A stretch of DNA of 64,000 bases from Aequorivita sp. (lineage in GTDB: Bacteria > Bacteroidota > Bacteroidia > Flavobacteriales > Flavobacteriaceae), in assembly GCA_965219125.1 (NCBI GenBank), contig CBDCMO010000002.1, forward strand, positions 2,086,407 to 2,150,406. Direction: 5' to 3'. Under the pieces are notes generated by a model. The model searched no databases and had not been told where the DNA came from. It saw only the letters and a program-made list of their open reading frames with translations. The position numbers and the translations under genes are program-made. How positions within the stretch are numbered: the stretch's first letter is position 1; every line of letters starts with the position of its first letter. Shown here piece by piece: positions 19,177 to 27,866 of this stretch.

Positions 19177-20242
19177 TTTCTTCAGTATTAAAATTGATTG
19201 CTAAAAGAACTTCAAAATTGTTGTTATCGTTTTCAATTTCCATAGAATAATTATTTCCATATAAAAGTTTCAACCTTTTTTTTACATTATCCAAACCTAA
19301 TCCTTCTTTGTTATTTTCAGAATTAATTTGGTTGGCGCTATTCCTTATTTTGAAATTTAATTTTTCTTCATCTGCTTTAAGAAATATAGCTATTTGAAGC
19401 TTGCCTTGCACAATATCGCCGTGCTTAAAAGCATTTTCAACAAAGGGAATTAAGAGCATTGGTGGAATCTGTAAAGATTTATCAATTTTATGTTCAAAAT
19501 TAATCTTCAATGTATCATTAAAACGAATCTGCTCTAAACCAATATAATCTTCAATATGGTCTATTTCATCTTGCAGCGAAACCAACGGCTTATTGACTTG
19601 GTACAGAATATAATCCAACAAATTAGATAACTTCAAAATAACTTCGGGCGTGTCTTTTGACTGCTTTAGCGCAAAACCATAAATGGTATTTAATGTGTTG
19701 AATAGAAAATGTGGATGAATTTGCATTTTTAAAAACCGCAGTTGCTGTTCTTGCAATTGCAATTCGGTTTCTAAAACTTTTCGCTTTAATGCATCACTTT
19801 GTAAAGTTGAGTTATAATGCTGAAAGACAAGATTAACGCAACTTACAATAATCACCACCATAAAAACGCCCAAAATTATAAACGGAAGTGTTTTCGTTAA
19901 AGCGGCAGAATCTTTATTTCCAGTTGTTGAAAGATAAACCAAACCATATAACGTAGAAAGTATAATGCCATAAACCGAAATAATAAGTGTATACAAACTA
20001 TAAAGCAAAAAAAGCGAGTGCTTTTTCGCGAGGAGATAATTTGGGAAGAGATAGTAAACTACAAAATAACTGGCGGCAATAGTTATTGGCATTAAAAACG
20101 TTGCAAATTGATTTACATACGCCGTATTAGCACTACCATATCCCAAAAAATAAGTATAAAAAAAATAGATGCCTATCCAAAAAAGGAGATGGATCGTGAA
20201 TGTGGCAGTATAATTTAGAAATTTATGTTTTTGGAACATCAA
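19163..20242 (-). CDS. sensor histidine kinase (LytS/YehU-type His_kinase domain)
   Basis: Five to six N-terminal TM helices, then QIHPHFLFNTLNTIY (His_kinase motif) and an ATPase region (FVENAFKHG...GLGLDNVKKRL). Confidence 0.8.
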   Translation of the reverse strand: MMFQKHKFLNYTATFTIHLLFWIGIYFFYTYFLGYGSANTAYVNQFATFLMPITIAASYFVVYYLFPNYLLAKKHSLFLLYSLYTLIISVYGIILSTLYGLVYLSTTGNKDSAALTKTLPFIILGVFMVVIIVSCVNLVFQHYNSTLQSDALKRKVLETELQLQEQQLRFLKMQIHPHFLFNTLNTIYGFALKQSKDTPEVILKLSNLLDYILYQVNKPLVSLQDEIDHIEDYIGLEQIRFNDTLKINFEHKIDKSLQIPPMLLIPFVENAFKHGDIVQGKLQIAIFLKADEEKLNFKIRNSANQINSENNKEGLGLDNVKKRLKLLYGNNYSMEIENDNNNFEVLLAINFNTEENVEI

Positions 20243-20453
20243 GGCAAAAATTACAAATGTTTATACAATTTTTAATTTTCCTAAGATAAACTACCATAAT
20301 AAAGCACGATTCAACCAATTTAAACCTAATTAGGAAAAAGCAGAACTTCATTGGTTGAAAAGGATGCTAATATTGTAGTGTGTCGAAATTATGAATTTAT
20401 ACCTTAAAGGCGCTGTTATATTTGAAGTATTCAATAACTTTAAAAACATAATT

Positions 20454-20840
20454 ATGAATATGAAACTTTTTTTTCAGCCCTTAATGCCCAACTTATTTAA
20501 CGATGGTGGCCCATTGTTTATGTATGTAACCTTACTACTTTTATTAGTTGTTATAGGATTATTTATTATGAACATTTTGAAGAAAACTGAAACGTCTCGA
20601 AGCATTTCACTTATAAGCTCGGTTAGTCTTTTTGCTTTGGTTTGGGGTTTTTTAGGTCAGTTAGTTGGCCTAATTGGCGCTTTTGATTCTATTGAGTCCT
20701 ACGATAATATATCTCCAGCAATTTTAGCTGGCGGTATAAAAGTTTCAATACTTTCTCCTGCTTTTGGGATGGTTGTTTTTCTTATTGCACGCATTGCAAT
20801 AATTATTTTACAGTTGAAGAAAAAAAATCAAGCTACATAA
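20454..20840 (+). CDS. small MotA/TolQ/ExbB-like proton-channel family protein
   Basis: Three predicted TM helices and a C-terminal channel-like segment AILAGGIKVSILSPAFGMVVFLIARI. The ATG at 20454 (MNMKLFF) is preferred to the track start at 20391. No ExbD/TolR partner is adjacent. Confidence 0.5.
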   Translation: MNMKLFFQPLMPNLFNDGGPLFMYVTLLLLLVVIGLFIMNILKKTETSRSISLISSVSLFALVWGFLGQLVGLIGAFDSIESYDNISPAILAGGIKVSILSPAFGMVVFLIARIAIIILQLKKKNQAT

Positions 20841-20950
20841 TTTCTTAAGATAGCTAAGGTTGATTTATCTCAATAATACTTTCAGTTGCGTTAATTTACA
20901 GCAAACTACTTGTGCATATTTGTTTCGTATCTTTGTTACAAAGAATAAAT

Positions 20951-22168
20951 ATGCTCGAAAAAACCGATATATCATACGAGAAGACCGTCCTAATAGGTCT
21001 TATCACACAAGCACAAAACGAATTAAAATCTGAAGAATACTTAGACGAGCTCGAATTTCTTGCTTACACAGCCGGCGGCGAAGTTTTAAAACGCTTTACA
21101 CAAAAAGTAGATGTGCCGTATCCAAAAACCTTTATTGGAAAAGGGAAATTGCAGGAAGTTAAGGAGTATGTTGAAGCAAACGAAGTTGGCGTAGTAATTT
21201 TTGATGACGAACTTTCGCCAGCTCAGCAAAAAAATATTCAAAAGGAGTTGGATTGCAAAGTACTTGATAGAACCAATTTAATCCTTGATATTTTTGCCCA
21301 GCGCGCCCAAACCAGTTATGCACGCACGCAGGTAGAATTGGCGCAATACAATTATTTATTGCCAAGATTAGCCGGAATGTGGACTCACTTAGAGCGCCAA
21401 CGTGGTGGTATTGGTATGCGTGGTCCTGGGGAAACAGAAATTGAAACAGATAGACGTATTGTTCGTGATAGAATTTCGTTGTTGAAAGACAAATTGAAAA
21501 AAATTGACCGTCAACAGGAAGTACAACGCGGCAATCGTGGTTCGTTAATTCGTGTGGCGTTGGTTGGTTATACAAACGTTGGAAAATCTACTTTGATGAA
21601 CGTAATTAGCAAAAGTGATGTGTTTGCTGAAAATAAACTGTTCGCAACGCTGGACACAACTGTAAGAAAAGTAGTAATCGGTAATTTACCGTTTCTGTTA
21701 ACTGATACTGTTGGTTTTATCAGGAAATTACCAACACAATTAGTTGAGTCTTTTAAAAGTACGTTGGACGAAGTACGAGAATCAGATTTGTTGCTTCACG
21801 TTGTAGATATTAGTCACCCAAGTTTTGAAGCGCATATTGAAAGCGTGAATAATATTCTAGATGAAATAAAAAGCGCCGATAAACCAACAATCATGGTTTT
21901 CAATAAAATTGATGCTTTTGAACCAGAAAAGATTGATGAAGACGATTTAATGACTGAAAAAACAAAAGCACATTGGTCATTGGAAGAATGGAAACAAACC
22001 TGGATGAACCGTGAAAACGCCGATGCCATCTTTATTTCAGCACTAAATAAAGAGAATATAGACGAATTTAGAAAATTGGTTTACGATAAGGTTCGGGAAA
22101 TTCATGTGGAACGTTTTCCATACAATAATTTCTTGTATCCAGAAGAATATTTATATGAAGAGGAATAA
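20951..22168 (+). CDS. hflX: GTPase HflX
   Basis: HflX N-terminal domain, G1 GYTNVGKST, G3 DTVGF, G4 NKID. The ATG at 20951 (MLEKTD) is preferred to the upstream GTG at 20912. Confidence 0.92.
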   Translation: MLEKTDISYEKTVLIGLITQAQNELKSEEYLDELEFLAYTAGGEVLKRFTQKVDVPYPKTFIGKGKLQEVKEYVEANEVGVVIFDDELSPAQQKNIQKELDCKVLDRTNLILDIFAQRAQTSYARTQVELAQYNYLLPRLAGMWTHLERQRGGIGMRGPGETEIETDRRIVRDRISLLKDKLKKIDRQQEVQRGNRGSLIRVALVGYTNVGKSTLMNVISKSDVFAENKLFATLDTTVRKVVIGNLPFLLTDTVGFIRKLPTQLVESFKSTLDEVRESDLLLHVVDISHPSFEAHIESVNNILDEIKSADKPTIMVFNKIDAFEPEKIDEDDLMTEKTKAHWSLEEWKQTWMNRENADAIFISALNKENIDEFRKLVYDKVREIHVERFPYNNFLYPEEYLYEEE

Positions 22169-22200
22169 AATTGGTTTAAATTCTTGAATTAAATAAAAAA

Positions 22201-22252
22201 CTTCAATCAAATCCCAATAAATAAAGGATTATGATTGAAGCTTTTTAATTTT
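22201..22252 (+). terminator. rho-independent terminator of hflX
   Basis: CTTCAATCAAATCC / GGATTATGATTGAAG stem (14 bp with one bulge) around an 11-nt loop, followed by CTTTTTAATTTT. Confidence 0.7.
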
Positions 22253-22268
22253 CACTAGCGACTAGCGA

Positions 22269-23192
22269 CTAAAAACTATAATTAGCCCCTACACCCAAAG
22301 CTTCCCTAATTTGGAAACCTTGAACGGCATTGTCATCATAAATTGCTTGAAATGTAAAGTTGGCTGAAATGTATTTATTCACTTTCATAACCAAATTTAA
22401 GGTATAATCAATATCAATATTTTGTGGATCTTCTAAATAGTTTGAATACAAATTAAGAACGTTTTCTGCTGAGATATTCTCCATTAATTCTACTTTGTAA
22501 TAACCAGAGATAGATGCGCCAAATTCAAAACGGGTTGTTTTATTTGCATCTACACCAAAATATTTGTTTTCATTGTATGCTTCTAAAGCACCAAGTGTCG
22601 AATTATCAACAGTTGTAAAATCGCTGTTTACAAATATCAATCTTACGGTTGCTGGGGCGATATTAACTTTTAGGTTGTCATTCTTTTTCCAAAGCATGCC
22701 TGGTCCAACTTGTAAATATCCTGGCGACATAAATCTTGTATATTCTGTGCGGACTTCATCACCCGTTACTGCGTCTTTTGAAAAATTATAACCCTTAGCA
22801 AATTGAGTTTTAAAATTTAAGAAAAATGAATAATACCAATTGCTTTCATTAATCTGGCGACCAACAATAGAGTTAAGTTCAAGTCTGTCGTTTGTTTTAC
22901 GGCCAAATTCATCATCTTTATTTTTTGTAAGACCATAATCTGCAATAATGCGGTTGTCCCAAGTAAGTTTGTCTTGGCGGTAGTTAAAATCGTATGTTAG
23001 GTTAATGCTACCAGCGTAATTAGAGGTGCCACCGCCAGTCCATTCTGCATTAAAGGCAGCTTGGTTAAACAAAAGGGCAACATTGCCAGATTTATGCCAG
23101 CCATTTAGCGTGTCTGCCTTCGCATCGGTGTCTTGAGCGAATATTACTAAAGGGGAAATTACCAATAATAGGGCAATCAATAAATTTTTCAT
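22269..23192 (-). CDS. DUF3078-like outer-membrane beta-barrel protein
   Basis: 307-aa ORF with signal peptide (VIFAQD). GWHKSGNVALLFNQAAFNAEWTGGG is as I remember for DUF3078. Ends ...GVGANYSF. Confidence 0.6.
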   Translation of the reverse strand: MKNLLIALLLVISPLVIFAQDTDAKADTLNGWHKSGNVALLFNQAAFNAEWTGGGTSNYAGSINLTYDFNYRQDKLTWDNRIIADYGLTKNKDDEFGRKTNDRLELNSIVGRQINESNWYYSFFLNFKTQFAKGYNFSKDAVTGDEVRTEYTRFMSPGYLQVGPGMLWKKNDNLKVNIAPATVRLIFVNSDFTTVDNSTLGALEAYNENKYFGVDANKTTRFEFGASISGYYKVELMENISAENVLNLYSNYLEDPQNIDIDYTLNLVMKVNKYISANFTFQAIYDDNAVQGFQIREALGVGANYSF

Positions 23193-23305
23193 TTCTAAAA
23201 GTCTTTAAAATTTTGCGCAAAAATAATAGATAATTTGATTTTTAGATAGTTCAAGCTAAGAAAATTGAACAATAGCAATGGGAAATAGCTAATATCGAGA
23301 GAAAA

Positions 23306-23848
23306 TTACTTTTTCTTAAAAAGCGGAACAGAAGAACATGCCTCGCCATACATTATACTTTTAGCATACGGCTGCAGTTTATGCGCCAATAATAAATAAG
23401 CATTCTGCGGAATTGGTTTATGAGCGCAACCTTTAATGATAACGGCTTTATCTAAAAATTCAGAAAAGTTTTTCTGTTGAAGTATCTCGCTAAATAATAA
23501 AGATTCAAGTTCATCTAACGTTCCAACCGAAACTTTTTTGGCAAAAGGTGTTAACTTTAATGATAAAAATAAAAATGCCCAACCTGGGATTATGGCGTCT
23601 GTGCTACAAAATAGCGCTACGAATTTATCTTGATATTGCGACCAATCAAAAATGTCAGCCTTTGCGCGAAAATCTTTCTCGTATAACACAATACCTTCCA
23701 ATAACCAATCGGCAATATCAAACTGCACTCTTTCACCGTTTGGATATAATTCCTCAAGATCAAAAGTGACAAGTTTACTATTCGCTACACGATTTATAAT
23801 TTCTTCTTCCAATTGGTATAAATTAAAAGCAATTGTTTCAAACTTCAT
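23306..23848 (-). CDS. DUF2480 family protein (last gene of the suf cluster)
   Basis: 180-aa ORF. IINRVANSKLVTFDLEELYPNGERVQFDIADWL matches my memory of DUF2480, which commonly trails suf genes in Flavobacteriia. Confidence 0.6.
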   Translation of the reverse strand: MKFETIAFNLYQLEEEIINRVANSKLVTFDLEELYPNGERVQFDIADWLLEGIVLYEKDFRAKADIFDWSQYQDKFVALFCSTDAIIPGWAFLFLSLKLTPFAKKVSVGTLDELESLLFSEILQQKNFSEFLDKAVIIKGCAHKPIPQNAYLLLAHKLQPYAKSIMYGEACSSVPLFKKK

Positions 23849-23889
23849 TGGAAACTACTGCAAACTGTTACTGAATACTGAAACTTTCT

Positions 23890-24225
23890 TTAAAGCATAC
23901 CAAGTTCCAACTTCGCCTCTTCGCTCATTAATTCTTGCGTCCACGGCGGATCGAAGGTTATTTCAACTTCGGCGTCTTTTACCATCTTTAGGCTTTTTAC
24001 CTTGTCTTCAACTTCTAACGGAAGCGATTCTGCGACAGGACAATTTGGTGTTGTAAGGGTCATTAATATTTTTACTTCGCTGTCTTCGTTTACAAAAACA
24101 TCGTAAATAAGACCAAGCTCGTAAATATCTACAGGTATTTCTGGGTCGTAAATTGTTTTTAAAACCTTTACTATTTTTTCGCCTAATTCGGCTGTGTCTA
24201 TTTCTGTTGTTGTCATTTTTGTCAT
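23890..24225 (-). CDS. DUF59 (SufT-like) Fe-S cluster assembly protein
   Basis: TIYDPEIPVDIYELGLIYDV...TLTTPNCPVAESL is the DUF59/MIP18 signature, including the conserved Cys. Confidence 0.85.
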   Translation of the reverse strand: MTKMTTTEIDTAELGEKIVKVLKTIYDPEIPVDIYELGLIYDVFVNEDSEVKILMTLTTPNCPVAESLPLEVEDKVKSLKMVKDAEVEITFDPPWTQELMSEEAKLELGML

Positions 24226-24240
24226 TTTAAATTTTGTAAT

Positions 24241-24707
24241 TTATTCTCCAGCTTCGTTTAATAAAGTTTGTATCATTTTATCGCTATATCTAAAATCTGT
24301 CATTCTAATTTTTTTAATTATCGGTAAAACTTTTGAAATAACACCTGCATTTTTTGCCGCTAAGATTAAACCAAAAGTTCCCGAAAAATTCAAGTTCATC
24401 TTTTTAGCAAGTTTTCTCGCTCGCAAATCGTCTATTAAAATCAAAGAATTTTCTATTTCTAAACTCAAAGCGAATGCACTTGCTTCTCCTAAATCTACCT
24501 CGCTTGCAAATAATTCTTGATTTCGAATATTTTTTACAGGAACAAACTTAATCCAAGAGGGAACTTTTTTTTCCATACTCTTGATGAATTATTTTAGTAA
24601 TATAAACATCTGTAGACATTTCTTTTCAGTAAAATTAATGCGTCAATTTTTTCTAAAAGAATTAGGCAGCTAGTATCCGCAATTAATAATTTAGAATTTA
24701 TGGGCAT
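24241..24707 (-). pseudogene. DUF3368 (PIN-like) toxin gene disrupted by two single-base frameshifts
   Basis: Three frames join into one ~154-aa protein: MPINSKLLIADTSCLILLEKIDALILLK / EMSTDVYITKIIHQEYGKK / VPSWIKFVPVKN...GEASAFALSLE...GTFGLILAAKNAG. The shifts lie in runs at 24623-24626 (A4 on the coding strand) and 24565-24572 (A8). The length is 467 nt, i.e. 3n+2. The ATG at 24705-24707 overlaps the antitoxin gene by 17 nt. Confidence 0.7.
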
Positions 24708-24918
24708 CTTCAGCAATTTCCGAAGGTAGATAGTTAGCTAAAGAAACATCGTAATCTGATAAAATTTCAGCAAATGCAACTTTTGAAAGACCAACCATTT
24801 CTGCCGCTTGGCCTAATGACAATCTTCCAGATTCAAATAGTTTTGCGGCAAGAAAACGTTTAGTTTCTTTTTCACTAAAATCTAAACCAGCTGGAATTGT
24901 AAGCTCTAATGTTTTCAT
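24691..24918 (-). CDS. UPF0175 family antitoxin-like protein
   Basis: 75-aa ORF. RFLAAKLFESGRLSLGQAAEMVGLSKVAFAEIL is the UPF0175 helix-turn-helix core. It lies immediately upstream of, and overlaps, the DUF3368 gene. Confidence 0.7.
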   Translation of the reverse strand: MKTLELTIPAGLDFSEKETKRFLAAKLFESGRLSLGQAAEMVGLSKVAFAEILSDYDVSLANYLPSEIAEDAHKF

Positions 24919-24953
24919 TTTATAAAAATACGTAAAAACTTTCTAAAATAATC

Positions 24954-25379
24954 TTAGGCTTTTTGCTGTGCTTGAAAGGCTACAGCATATAATTTCATTT
25001 GTTTTATCATACTCACCAAACCGTTTGCACGGGTTGGAGAGAGATGTTCCTTTAATCCAATTTTATCTATAAAATCGGTATCTGTTTCAATAATTGTTGA
25101 AGGATTTTGGTTTGAATAAACCCGAATTAAAATTGCAATGATTCCTTTTGTAATTATGGCGTCGCTATCTGCCGTAAACTGTACTTTTTGGTCTTTCATT
25201 TCTGCATTAAGCCACACTTTGCTTTGGCAACCTTTAATTAATTTATCTTCAGTTTTTAATTCCGAAGAAATTAAGGGTAAAGATTTGCCGAGGTCTATCA
25301 TATATTCATAACGCTCCATCCAATCGTCGAACATTGCAAATTCATCAACTATATCTTGCTTTATGGTTTGTATTGACAT
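24954..25379 (-). CDS. sufE: SufE-type sulfur acceptor
   Basis: GCQSKVWL (active-site Cys) and HLSPTRANGL motifs; 141 aa. Confidence 0.88.
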   Translation of the reverse strand: MSIQTIKQDIVDEFAMFDDWMERYEYMIDLGKSLPLISSELKTEDKLIKGCQSKVWLNAEMKDQKVQFTADSDAIITKGIIAILIRVYSNQNPSTIIETDTDFIDKIGLKEHLSPTRANGLVSMIKQMKLYAVAFQAQQKA

Positions 25380-25435
25380 TTAATTGCTTGTTTAATTTGC
25401 TTCAAAAAACACCTTCTTCGAAAGTGTTTCCCCTA

Positions 25436-25861
25436 CTATTTCTGCTTTTGGGCAGTTAATAAAACGTTTCTATCATTTTTTGAATACAGTGTTAAAACAT
25501 CATTTTCTATTGAATAAGAACCTGTGTTATCAAGTGCTTTGAAAAAAGAATTTTCAGCTGTCATTTCGTTTTCTGCACACATTTTCTTGGTACTTCCAAC
25601 ACCGTTAAATGTTATTGCATATAAATCTAACGTGTAATTTCCAAAATAACTATTGCAACCTGCTGCGCCATTTACTTTTTTGTCTAATGCACTAAAAATC
25701 ATTGTTTGTGTAACAGGGTTTTTAGTTGCGTTTAAGGAAGTTACATTATAGGTTCCAGAAAGTTGAATTGTTCCTGCCACGTCTATAACTTTTTTGGTCT
25801 CATCGCAGCTAGTAGTTAGTATCGCAAGACAGATAATTAATAAGGTTGAAAGGGATTTCAT
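25436..25861 (-). CDS. META domain lipoprotein (HslJ-like)
   Basis: Lipobox (AILTTSC). LSGTYNVTSLN...GAAGCNSYFGNYTLD...GSTKKMCAE is the META pattern. Confidence 0.7.
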   Translation of the reverse strand: MKSLSTLLIICLAILTTSCDETKKVIDVAGTIQLSGTYNVTSLNATKNPVTQTMIFSALDKKVNGAAGCNSYFGNYTLDLYAITFNGVGSTKKMCAENEMTAENSFFKALDNTGSYSIENDVLTLYSKNDRNVLLTAQKQK

Positions 25862-25906
25862 AGTTTTATATTTTTAGGTTTGTTTTTTGTACTTTATTGC
25901 TTTTTT

Positions 25907-25969
25907 TACTGACTACTGACTACTGACTACTGACTACTGACTACTGATTACTGAACACTGACTACTGAA
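25907..25969. repeat. tandem heptamer array (TACTGAC)n
   Basis: Nine head-to-tail 7-nt units: five perfect TACTGAC, then TACTGAT, TACTGAA, CACTGAC, TACTGAA. Located in the sufS-META spacer. Confidence 0.95.
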
Positions 25970-25971
25970 AA

Positions 25972-27210
25972 CTAGCTCAGCATCATTTTTGCTTTCTTAA
26001 CCGCATCTACCAGAGCATCAACTTCTTCCATCGTATTATAAAAAGCAAAACTTGCCCGCACAGTTCCCGGAATATTAAAATATGTCATAATCGGCTGTGC
26101 GCAATGATGTCCGGTTCTTACGGCTATTCCTAATTTGTCAACAATAGTGCCAATATCGTACGGATGTATTCCTTCAATATTAAAAGAAATTACGGACGTT
26201 TTTTCAGTTCCTGTTCCATAGATTTTTAGACCTTCAATTTTTAATAATTCTTTGGTTGCGTAATCTAATAATGTTTTTTCGTAGGCTTCAATTTCATCGA
26301 AACCTATTTGGTTTAAGTAATCTATTGCAGCTCCGAAGGCAATTCCGCCGCAAATATTTGGTGTGCCGGCTTCAAATTTATGTGGCATTTCGGCATACGT
26401 AGTTTTTTCGAATGAAACATCTTTTATCATTTCGCCGCCGCCTTGGTATGGTGGTAATTTTTTGCCCCATTCTTCTTTTAAATAAAGCATTCCAACGCCT
26501 GTTGGACCGCACATTTTGTGAGCTGAGGTTACATAAAAGTCTACATCCAACGCTTGTAAATCTGTTTTTAAATGGCTGCAACTTTGTGCACCATCAATTA
26601 AAACAGCAGCGCCAACTTTATGTGCTTTGTCAATTATGTGTTTTATCGGATTAATAGTTCCCAACGCATTCGAAATATGATTTACAAATACCAACTTCGT
26701 TTTACCTGCCCGTCCGGCAGGCGGGTCTGAAAGCAGTTTTTCATATTCAGATAGTATTAAAACGCCTTCCTCATTCATTGGAATCACTTTCAACAAAGCT
26801 CCAGTTTTTTCACAAAGCATCTGCCAAGGCACGATATTGCTGTGATGTTCTAATGCTGAAACTATAATCTCATCTCCTTTTTGCAAAATTGAAGCAAAAC
26901 CGTTTGCAACCAAATTAATAGCTTCGGTTGTGCCTGAAGTGAAAATTACTTCGTGCGCATTTTTTATATTGAAATGGGCACGGATTTTCTCTCTTGAAGC
27001 TTCGTAATGGTCTGTTGCTTCTTGTGAAAGCGCGTGAACGCCACGATGAATATTTGCATTGTAATTACTGTAATAATCTACAATACAATCTATAACCTGC
27101 TGCGGTTTTTGTGAAGTTGCTGCATTGTCCAGATAAACAAGTGGATAGCCATTCACTTTTCGTTTAAAGATGGGAAAATCTTCTCGTATTTTTTGAACGT
27201 TAAAGGGCAT
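25972..27210 (-). CDS. sufS: cysteine desulfurase SufS
   Basis: PLP-lysine motif SAHKMCGPTGVG and active-site loop RTGHHCAQP. The ATG at 27210 (MPFNVQKIREDFPIF) is preferred to the TTG at 27228. Confidence 0.93.
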   Translation of the reverse strand: MPFNVQKIREDFPIFKRKVNGYPLVYLDNAATSQKPQQVIDCIVDYYSNYNANIHRGVHALSQEATDHYEASREKIRAHFNIKNAHEVIFTSGTTEAINLVANGFASILQKGDEIIVSALEHHSNIVPWQMLCEKTGALLKVIPMNEEGVLILSEYEKLLSDPPAGRAGKTKLVFVNHISNALGTINPIKHIIDKAHKVGAAVLIDGAQSCSHLKTDLQALDVDFYVTSAHKMCGPTGVGMLYLKEEWGKKLPPYQGGGEMIKDVSFEKTTYAEMPHKFEAGTPNICGGIAFGAAIDYLNQIGFDEIEAYEKTLLDYATKELLKIEGLKIYGTGTEKTSVISFNIEGIHPYDIGTIVDKLGIAVRTGHHCAQPIMTYFNIPGTVRASFAFYNTMEEVDALVDAVKKAKMMLS

Positions 27211-27679
27211 TGTTTTCTTTTTTTGCAAGGTCTAATTTTTCGGTCTTATCAATATCGAAAGTGTATGAAAGGCCTAATTTTTCTAAAGTTACGTTTCCTT
27301 TATATTGAATTTCGGCTTCATTGTTTAGGAGTTTATTAATGCCGCCGTTTAATATGTCAATCTTACTGTTCAACAATTGCAAAGGCGTAAATTTGGCAAC
27401 TAACGGAACAATAAATTCACCTTTACTGTTAATCGAAATGTCTTGTTTTTGACGTGCATTTCCGGCAGCAATTCCATTTACAAAAACTTCGATATCTACA
27501 TTTTTTACAATGCAACCAATATTATTCGGGTTGTAAAAAACCGCTTCAGAATCTATTTCAATTAAAGTTGCTGAAACCGTTTTAGGATATATATTTTGAA
27601 TTTTTTTAAACTCAGGCTCGGTTGAAACGGAACACGAAAAAGTCACGAAAATTAGGAGAAGTATTAGAATTTGTTTCAT
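27200..27679 (-). CDS. LEA_2 (LEA14/NDR1-like) family lipoprotein
   Basis: Lipobox (FVTFSCS) and a beta-sandwich-like sequence (IEIDSEAVFYNPNNIGCIVKNVDIEVFVNG...). Its stop overlaps the sufS start by 11 nt. Confidence 0.55.
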   Translation of the reverse strand: MKQILILLLIFVTFSCSVSTEPEFKKIQNIYPKTVSATLIEIDSEAVFYNPNNIGCIVKNVDIEVFVNGIAAGNARQKQDISINSKGEFIVPLVAKFTPLQLLNSKIDILNGGINKLLNNEAEIQYKGNVTLEKLGLSYTFDIDKTEKLDLAKKENNAL

Positions 27680-27696
27680 ATTATATTAATTTGAAT

Positions 27697-27859
27697 GACT
27701 TAAGACGAAAGGACGTAAGACGTAGGACAAATTGTGAATGTTGAATATTTGGTGAATTTCATTTACTTACAACAAACATGTTAGAATCTTTAATTCGCAA
27801 ACTAAATTTTCTAGTTTTCCGAAGTAAGTCTTATGTCTTATGTCAATTAGTCTTACGTC
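27697..27859. repeat. inverted arrays of the word TAAGAC(G) flanking 128 nt
   Basis: Left arm GACTTAAGACGAAAGGACGTAAGACGTAGGAC; right arm GTAAGTCTTATGTCTTATGTCAATTAGTCTTACGTC. They include a perfect 10-bp inverted repeat GACGTAAGAC (27712-27721) / GTCTTACGTC (27850-27859). Confidence 0.85.
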
Positions 27860-27866
27860 AAAATCA

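Noticed and set aside
20391-20453. N-terminal extensions in the ORF track from upstream alternative starts, mostly non-ATG: 20391 (an upstream ATG), 20912, 27228, 2795, 37380, 43021, 50014, 58893.
   Set aside because: In each case an internal ATG gives an N-terminus that matches the expected family start or a clean signal peptide. The extensions are hydrophobic or odd, and some run across terminators or promoter-like sequence.
25907-25969. Could the (TACTGAC)n array, or the other word arrays, be a CRISPR array?
   Set aside because: The units are 7 nt, directly abutting with no spacers. No cas genes are in the window. These are simple tandem repeats.
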